This document shows positions 58,294-64,000 of a stretch of DNA of 64,000 nucleotides, piece by piece. The stretch comes from an uncultured Anaerolineae bacterium (GTDB taxonomy: Bacteria > Chloroflexota > Anaerolineae > Aggregatilineales > Ch27): the NCBI GenBank assembly GCA_964529715.1, contig CAZGXI010000007.1:17882-81881 (forward strand). Direction: 5' to 3'. Both the position numbers and the translations under genes were made by a program. Below the pieces are notes generated by a model that saw nothing but the letters and a program-made list of their open reading frames with translations, had not been told where the DNA came from and made no database searches. Numbering within the stretch: position 1 is the stretch's first letter; each line of letters opens with the position of its first letter.

Positions 58294-58961
58294 TGTTCTC
58301 GACGGAGGCGTTCTTGACAACACTCAACCCGACAAACTCACTACGCGCTATCTTGGGCCGCCGCTTCATCTGGCCAAGTGTAGCTCTTTTGGGTGCCGTA
58401 ACGGCCCTGATCGCCGTCACGGCGCCTGCCGAACGCACACTTGGCGGGCCGAACGCCCGGCTGGTGTATTTTCACGGCGCGCTGGTGTGGGCAGCAATCC
58501 TGACCTGGTTTATCGCGGCGGGCGTAGGCGCGCTGGCCTTTCTGCGCCGCAATGAAGGATGGCATCGGCTCAGCCGGGCGCTGGGACGTGTGGGGCTGCT
58601 GTGGTGGGGGCTGTATATCCCGGTCAGCATCCTGGCAGCCAACGCGACTTGGGCCAATAATTCCTGGAATCTTACCTTTCTGATGGAGCCGCGTTTCCAG
58701 ATGGCTTTCCAGGTGATGGCGCTGGCGTTACTGGTGCAAGCTATACAGGTTTTCGACGCGCGCCCGTCGGTCGGCAGCGCCGGAAATATCCTGCTGGTGT
58801 TAGTGATGGTTTTCCTGATGGGAGTTACAGAGCGCGTGCTGCATCCCCCCGCCCCAATCCGTGACACCGAATCGCTGCGCATCCAGTTGGCCTTCGGCGC
58901 GATGCTGGTCTTACTAATGGCAGCAGGCTTCCAACTGGCACGGCTGGGCAGGCGCGCCTGA
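58293..58961 (+). CDS. Integral membrane protein (about 6 TM), function unknown
   Basis: The start overlaps the upstream stop (TGATG). Hydrophobic throughout. The weak resemblance of RLVYFHGALVW to the CcmC/CcsA His-loop is not sufficient for a call. Confidence 0.55.
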   Translation: MFSTEAFLTTLNPTNSLRAILGRRFIWPSVALLGAVTALIAVTAPAERTLGGPNARLVYFHGALVWAAILTWFIAAGVGALAFLRRNEGWHRLSRALGRVGLLWWGLYIPVSILAANATWANNSWNLTFLMEPRFQMAFQVMALALLVQAIQVFDARPSVGSAGNILLVLVMVFLMGVTERVLHPPAPIRDTESLRIQLAFGAMLVLLMAAGFQLARLGRRA

Positions 58962-59003
58962 CGCCGACCTGCACCCTACCCCAAGAACCGCCCTCAATCC
59001 GCC

Positions 59004-61463
59004 ATGCAGACCGACCCTCTCTACCCCCCGCCGCTGCTGACCCGACGGCACACCGCGATCATGCTGTGCCTGACCGTGTTGCTGGCCGGGGTTTACTGGT
59101 TCACTTACAGCGGCAAGGTGATCAGCCAGGATGAACTGTTCATGTTCGACGCCGCCGAAAGCCTGGCCCGGCGCGGCAACAGCGAACTGGACATCGTCTC
59201 GAACTTCCACATCTTCACAGAATACCCCGTCGGGGATCAGCCGCACGTCACCTTTGCGAACGCCGAACCCTTGCAAATCCTGGCCGGGGCGCTGCTCTTT
59301 GCTCTGGCCGATGCCACGCCGAACATCGGCCTGCTGCACACCGTCTGGCTGCTCAATGTGATCGTCTGCGCCCTGACAGGGGCGGTGTTCTTCCTGTATG
59401 CCCGGTTGCTGGGCTATTCGGAGCGGATCGCGGTCCTGGGGACGCTGGTCTACGCTCTAGGGACGATCCTCTGGCCGTATAGCAAGACCTTCTTCCGCGA
59501 ACCGCTGGCGGCGCTGTTGTTGTTTGGCGCGGCGCTATGCCTCAACGCCTGGCGCGAACGCTGGGGGCAGCGGCGGAACTGGCTCTGGTTGATCGGCTTC
59601 GGCGCCTGCTATCTACTGGCGCTGTTTACCAAAGAGGCTGCCCTGCTGGTTGCACCTGCCCTGCTGGCAATTGTCTTTCCGCGCGTCTCCACCGCAGGCG
59701 GCTGGCGGCGGCTGGCGACCATTCTGGCGGCAGCTGCCGGGTTCACCGTGATCGCGGCGGCGGCGATCCAGCTCGTCATGGAGGCTGTACCCGTCCTGCG
59801 CAGTTATAACCCGCTGCACTACCTGCAAACGCTGGGGGAAAAGGCCGATTTCATCGGTTATGCCCTGTTAGGCTACCTGGTCAGCCCCGGACGCAGCCTG
59901 TTCGCCTTCTCGCCAGTGTTACTGCTGGCGCTGCCCGGCCTGGGGCTGATGCTCCGTGCACGGCGCTGGCGTGAGGCCCTGACACCACTGCTGATGATCG
60001 GGGCGTTCGTGGTCGGCTACGCCGTCGTGCGCAACGACCAGTGGTTCGGCGGGCAGGCCTGGGGGCCGCGCTTTCTGGTGCCCGTGACACCGTTCGCCAT
60101 GCTGGCCGTGCTGCCCGTCTTGCAGAAGGCTGCGTCGCCCGGCGCAGCGCGGTGGGTGCGGATCGCCGTCGTCGGTGTGATCGTCGCCAGCGTTCTTGTG
60201 CAGGTGAACGGGATTCTGCTGCACCCGCCGGATTACTTTGAAGAACTGGGACGGCGCGGAGTCATCCCCTGGCAAGGGGGGACATGGGACCCAACTCAAT
60301 CGCCACTGTTCGTTAACGTCACGTTGCTGAACCGCTATCCCCTTGATCTGGCCTGGTTGCGTGCAGAAGGGGCCGGCCTCTGGTTGCCCCTGGCAGCGAT
60401 CCTGCTGGCAGCCAGCGCGGGAATCACGCTGCGGCGCTGGCTGCGCCGCGATCCACCCAGCGGGCGGCGGCTGGCGTTGATCGCGCTGGGTTTCGCCCTG
60501 GGCACAACGGGCGCGTTCTATGTGGGGCTGCGCAGCATCGACAACGACCCGCGCTATCTGGGCGGTTTTGCGGCGCTGCGTCAGGCCGTCGCGGAACTGG
60601 ACCAACAGGCCCGCCCAGAAGACATCTTGGTCCTGAGCAGCGAGGTCTACCAGGGTTTTTTCTACAACTACTACCGTAATCGGGATGTACTGGTATACAC
60701 CCTGCCGATGTCGGTTGGGGAGCGCCCCAGCCCGGAACAACCTCCGCTGGTAGAAAGCAACAACCCGGACCTGCTGATCGAGCCGCGCTACAGCACCTTT
60801 CTCACCAACCTGCCGGAATACACCGACCGCGTGTGGGTATTGGAGAGCAGCGGCCCGTTCACTGGCTTCACCGTCCGCCCGGTAGAATGGTTCATGGCGC
60901 GCCACTACTTTCCGCTGGCGTCATTCGAGCCGGATCAGTCGGTGCGGCTACTGCTGTTCGACGTGAATCACGACGCGCCACCTGATCAGGCTATGCGCTG
61001 GCCAGAACATCTGACAGATGCGCAGTTCGGAACGGCGGTCGAACTGGTTGGCTACGACCTGCCCACGCCGCGCGTGCGCGTCGGCCCGTTTGCAGGCCCC
61101 GATCCCCGGCGGACGGATTACGCTCCCGGTGAAGTCATCGCCGTGTCGCTGCTATGGCGCGCGTTGGAAACCCCGTCCAGCGATTACAACGTGGGCGTTT
61201 ACGTGGTCAACGCAGATGGGGTGGTGGTGGCCCAGCGCGACAGCCCACCGCAGGCTACCTTCCGCCCGATGAACACCTGGCAGCCGGGAGAAACCGTCCG
61301 TGACAACCATGCCCTGCTGCTGCCCGCCGATCTTTCACCGGGGACCTACGCGCTGTGGGTGAAAGTGTACGCCTGGCAGACGGGAGAGAACCAGGTGGTC
61401 TCCGGCGAAAATCGGACCGCCGAGGGGCAGGCAGCGCAGTTAACGATGATCCGCGTCCGCTAG
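59004..61463 (+). CDS. GT39/ArnT-like (GT-C) membrane glycosyltransferase with a C-terminal soluble domain
   Basis: 819 aa and polytopic. First-loop pattern QDELFMFDAAESLARRG. The C-terminal 150 aa are paralogous to the C-termini of 45949..47829 and 41373..43799. Confidence 0.85.
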   Translation: MQTDPLYPPPLLTRRHTAIMLCLTVLLAGVYWFTYSGKVISQDELFMFDAAESLARRGNSELDIVSNFHIFTEYPVGDQPHVTFANAEPLQILAGALLFALADATPNIGLLHTVWLLNVIVCALTGAVFFLYARLLGYSERIAVLGTLVYALGTILWPYSKTFFREPLAALLLFGAALCLNAWRERWGQRRNWLWLIGFGACYLLALFTKEAALLVAPALLAIVFPRVSTAGGWRRLATILAAAAGFTVIAAAAIQLVMEAVPVLRSYNPLHYLQTLGEKADFIGYALLGYLVSPGRSLFAFSPVLLLALPGLGLMLRARRWREALTPLLMIGAFVVGYAVVRNDQWFGGQAWGPRFLVPVTPFAMLAVLPVLQKAASPGAARWVRIAVVGVIVASVLVQVNGILLHPPDYFEELGRRGVIPWQGGTWDPTQSPLFVNVTLLNRYPLDLAWLRAEGAGLWLPLAAILLAASAGITLRRWLRRDPPSGRRLALIALGFALGTTGAFYVGLRSIDNDPRYLGGFAALRQAVAELDQQARPEDILVLSSEVYQGFFYNYYRNRDVLVYTLPMSVGERPSPEQPPLVESNNPDLLIEPRYSTFLTNLPEYTDRVWVLESSGPFTGFTVRPVEWFMARHYFPLASFEPDQSVRLLLFDVNHDAPPDQAMRWPEHLTDAQFGTAVELVGYDLPTPRVRVGPFAGPDPRRTDYAPGEVIAVSLLWRALETPSSDYNVGVYVVNADGVVVAQRDSPPQATFRPMNTWQPGETVRDNHALLLPADLSPGTYALWVKVYAWQTGENQVVSGENRTAEGQAAQLTMIRVR

Positions 61464-62635
61464 TCGGATTGCGGGTGATCAGCGCCGGGGTCCGTTGTCA
61501 CCTCGGCAGCAGGTTGTGCTGCCTCTGCCGATTGCTCCTCAAGGCTTTGGGGGGAGGTCGGCAACTTCTCCCCGGCCTGAGGCACAGATGGAGGAGGCCG
61601 GTCGGCAGACATACCCATCATGCGCCGAATCGCTTCCAGTTCCTCTGGCTTTAAGGACCCCTGGCCGTTGCGAAAGGCCGCGTCAAAGGCCATCTGCTGA
61701 AAGAGCGTGATGCCTGCCATCGTGGGCAGCGGTGTGGCGTCTGGTTGGACGCCCTTCGGGTTCTCCTCGTGCCGCATCAACAAAATGCTGGCCACCAAAA
61801 AGCCGACGCCAACCCACTGGATCGAGGTCAGCCGTTCGCCCAAAAAGGCAAAAGCCAACAGCAGCGCCACGCCGATCTCCATCATATTGATCAAAGCGGT
61901 TTGCAAACTGCCCAACTTTTTGACGCCGATGAACATGGTCAGCCGGGCCAGGGCCGTGCTGATCGCCAGCGCAACGATAGGCCCCAATGCGCCAACCGTA
62001 TCCACCTCTCTGGCTGTTGCATAGAGGCCGTAGCCCATCCGCATCATCGTGACCACGACGGCCATCGTGCTGATGGAATACAGTGTCACCGTGCGTGCGG
62101 GCATCTCAAACAGCACACGCTGGCTCAAGACCACCGTTCCGGCGAACATCAGCGCATTGCCGAGCATCAATCCCACACCCAACCAGTTCACACCGCCCAG
62201 GCCTGCACCGGTCAGCAAAATAAGCGCCAACAGCGTCAGCGTGATTCGTAGTTTGGTTCGCCAGGTGATCTGCTGTCCGCCAAATCGGACCAGCAAGGCG
62301 GCAAATACGATATACATCCCATTGAGCAATTGGGCCAGACTGGCGTCCAACAGGTTAAGGCCAGCATAATACATCAGCGAGCCGATGCCGTTGACCGTCC
62401 CGACTACCACACAACCTAACAAGCCTGCAGGATAAATGTAGATGTACTGGCGCCAGAAGATCAGGTACAGCGCCCAGAGGATCAGCGCGGCGATCACGGT
62501 GCGGGATGCTGCAACCGTAAAAGGATCGGCCCCTGCCCGGTAAGCCAGCTTACCGAACAAGGGGGCAACACCGAGGAAGAAGGGAGAAAGAAACGGCAAT
62601 ACCTTCAGCCGCAGCGCACGCGGGTCTTCACTCAT
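61460..62635 (-). CDS. EamA/DMT-family transporter with a cytoplasmic tail of about 100 aa
   Basis: Ten TM arranged as two EamA-like halves, followed by a hydrophilic Pro/Glu/Ala-rich tail. Confidence 0.85.
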   Translation of the reverse strand: MSEDPRALRLKVLPFLSPFFLGVAPLFGKLAYRAGADPFTVAASRTVIAALILWALYLIFWRQYIYIYPAGLLGCVVVGTVNGIGSLMYYAGLNLLDASLAQLLNGMYIVFAALLVRFGGQQITWRTKLRITLTLLALILLTGAGLGGVNWLGVGLMLGNALMFAGTVVLSQRVLFEMPARTVTLYSISTMAVVVTMMRMGYGLYATAREVDTVGALGPIVALAISTALARLTMFIGVKKLGSLQTALINMMEIGVALLLAFAFLGERLTSIQWVGVGFLVASILLMRHEENPKGVQPDATPLPTMAGITLFQQMAFDAAFRNGQGSLKPEELEAIRRMMGMSADRPPPSVPQAGEKLPTSPQSLEEQSAEAAQPAAEVTTDPGADHPQSD

Positions 62636-62658
62636 GATCTCCCTTCCCGGCGCTGCTC

Positions 62659-62695
62659 CACCGGTCTAGGACCGGTGCGCAGGTCGAGCCTGCGC
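62659..62695 (-). promoter_or_regulatory. Twin GC hairpins between the Fur-family gene and the EamA transporter gene
   Basis: CACCGGTC-tag-GACCGGTG (62659-62677) is followed immediately by GCGCAGG-tcgag-CCTGCGC (62677-62695). No U-tract. Confidence 0.35.
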
Positions 62696-62716
62696 TCTGA
62701 GGGGCAGCGCACACGC

Positions 62717-63190
62717 TTAATCGCCCGTCTGAGACTGCTGGCGTTTTCGCGTGCATTCCGCGCAGTAGCCGGTATAACAGGCGTGGGCCGACAGCAGGGT
62801 AACGCCGTTTTCGCTGGCCCATTGCTGTGCGATCTCTTCAATAAGATGTGGGTCTACCGGGACCATAGTTCCACATCCCCGGCAGGTCAGATAATGGTAT
62901 TCCAATCCTCCAACAATGCGGTAGTATTCACGTTTGTGTTCCGGGTCCAGATAATGAGCCTCGACCAGCCCCAGTTCCACAAACAACTGGAGCGTGCGAT
63001 ACACCGTCGCCAGACTGGTGTCGATCTGATGTTGCTCGGCCAGGGCAAAAAGCTGTTCGGCGTCGATGAACGTCCGCTGCCTGCGCAGGAGGTCCAGCAA
63101 CAGTTGGCGCTGGGAAGTCAGGCGATAGCCCGACAGGCGGATCAACTCTTCGGCAGTTTCGGAAGAGTGAGATAGAGATTGTTGAGCCAT
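62717..63190 (-). CDS. Fur family transcriptional regulator (Fur/Zur/PerR not distinguishable)
   Basis: ATG 63190 (MAQQSLSH...). GYRLTSQRQLLLDLL winged helix. CRGCG ... CAEC structural Zn site. Confidence 0.88.
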   Translation of the reverse strand: MAQQSLSHSSETAEELIRLSGYRLTSQRQLLLDLLRRQRTFIDAEQLFALAEQHQIDTSLATVYRTLQLFVELGLVEAHYLDPEHKREYYRIVGGLEYHYLTCRGCGTMVPVDPHLIEEIAQQWASENGVTLLSAHACYTGYCAECTRKRQQSQTGD

Positions 63191-63371
63191 GTGTCGAATC
63201 TCTTGCGATGGATTTGCAACGATTATGCGAAAGAGTGCCGCCACAAGCAATGATTCTTCGACAATTTTGAGTATACTATAGGTTACGCCTTTTTTTGCTT
63301 AGAATTCGGGCGGCCTGCGGTTCAGGATGGGTATAAACATCCCTGGATCGGGGAACATTCGAGGACAGGGC

Positions 63372-64000
63372 ATGACCGAACTGCTTTACCAGACCGATAG
63401 TTACCTGCGCCAATGCGAGGGCGTCGTGGCGACCGTGGAGGCCGGGCAAAGAGCCGTTGTCTTGAGCCAGACCATCTTTTATCCTGGTGGGGGAGGCCAG
63501 CCGCCAGATCGGGGTCGCCTGATTGCCGGCGACCGAATCTATGCCGTCAGCGGGGCAAAAAAGGTCGGCGCCGACGTGCTGCATTTCGTCGAAGGCGACG
63601 ATCTGCCTGCCGTCGGCGCGGCGGTACACGGGGAAATCGACTGGGACCATCGCTACGCGCTGATGCGTACACACACGGCGCTGCACATCCTGTGCGGCGT
63701 CGTCTGGCGCGACTACAGGGCCAGTGTCACCGGGGGCAACATGGAACCGCTCAATGGGCGGATGGATTTCGAGTTTGAACGGCTTCAGGGCGAGCTGGTG
63801 CGCGAGATCGAGGAAAAAATCAACGCCGAAGTTGCCGCCGCGCGCCAGATCAGGGTCGCCATCTTGCCGCGCGCCGAGGCGTTCCAGATTCCCGACCTGA
63901 TCCGCACCAAAATCAGCCTGCTGCCAGAAGGGATCACCGAAGTCCGCACCGTCGAGATCGAAGGACTGGATTTGCAGGCGGACGGCGGCACGCACGTCGC
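63372..64000 (+). CDS. alaX: Alanyl-tRNA editing protein AlaX-like (3' end beyond the window)
   Basis: MTELLYQTDSYLRQCEGVV...IFYPGGGGQPPD...MRTHTALHIL...ADGGTHV. Open to the window edge, so absent from the ORF track. Confidence 0.85.
   Translation, partial: MTELLYQTDSYLRQCEGVVATVEAGQRAVVLSQTIFYPGGGGQPPDRGRLIAGDRIYAVSGAKKVGADVLHFVEGDDLPAVGAAVHGEIDWDHRYALMRTHTALHILCGVVWRDYRASVTGGNMEPLNGRMDFEFERLQGELVREIEEKINAEVAAARQIRVAILPRAEAFQIPDLIRTKISLLPEGITEVRTVEIEGLDLQADGGTHV

Noticed and set aside
58293-58961. Possible CcmC/CcsA-type heme-handling membrane protein (RLVYFHGALVW resembles the His-loop).
   Set aside because: The diagnostic WGxxWxWD (WWD) motif is absent, and no cytochrome c maturation genes are nearby.
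63191-63371. A Fur box in the divergent fur-alaX intergenic region.
   Set aside because: Only short AT-rich fragments (AATGATT, GATTATG) are present. I could not identify by eye a 7-1-7 or 19-bp palindrome matching the Fur, Zur or PerR consensus.

Overview
This is a 64 kb high-GC (by eye about 60-65%) bacterial chromosomal segment. It is densely packed with about 60 protein genes, most of them core housekeeping. The protein style suggests a Chloroflexota-like lineage, but this is inference only: Pro/Thr-rich linkers, several GT-C/GT39-type membrane glycosyltransferases, scattered Flp/Tad parts and a GC-rich hairpin MITE. Recognisable blocks are as follows. (1) Ribosomal genes rplU-rpmA-rpmE, then tdk. 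(2) pepA and hutI. (3) ffh-rpsP-KH-rimM. (4) dprA, a mannose-1-P guanylyltransferase and topA. (5) cca-hpt and greA. (6) rsmD and sucCD. (7) An ECF sigma/anti-sigma pair. (8) comEC, three tandem M42 peptidases, a Fur-family regulator and alaX. I saw no rRNA, tRNA, CRISPR array, transposase, integrase or phage genes, so this looks like core chromosome rather than an island. The strongest non-obvious signal is at 15790..16218. Two same-frame ORFs are separated only by a TGA that falls exactly on the first Cys of a thioredoxin CxxC motif, giving UxxC, and a SECIS-like hairpin lies just downstream. This is a probable membrane-anchored thioredoxin-fold selenoprotein that ordinary gene calling would split. 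Other items worth a second look are: (a) a ribosomal protein L31 fused to an RNA polymerase alpha-CTD-like domain; (b) a 48-aa Flp pilin gene missing from the ORF track, with a near-consensus promoter and terminator, beside a receiver-adenylate cyclase and about 3 kb from a solitary CpaF ATPase; (c) an orphan CcrM-type DNA methyltransferase; (d) a TIR-only protein next to a 160-bp MITE-like palindromic element; (e) a 967-aa secreted protein made of ten Cys-pair SH3b-like repeats; (f) three polytopic membrane (GT-C-like) proteins sharing one C-terminal domain. All functional calls come from motif recognition by eye; no database search was possible.
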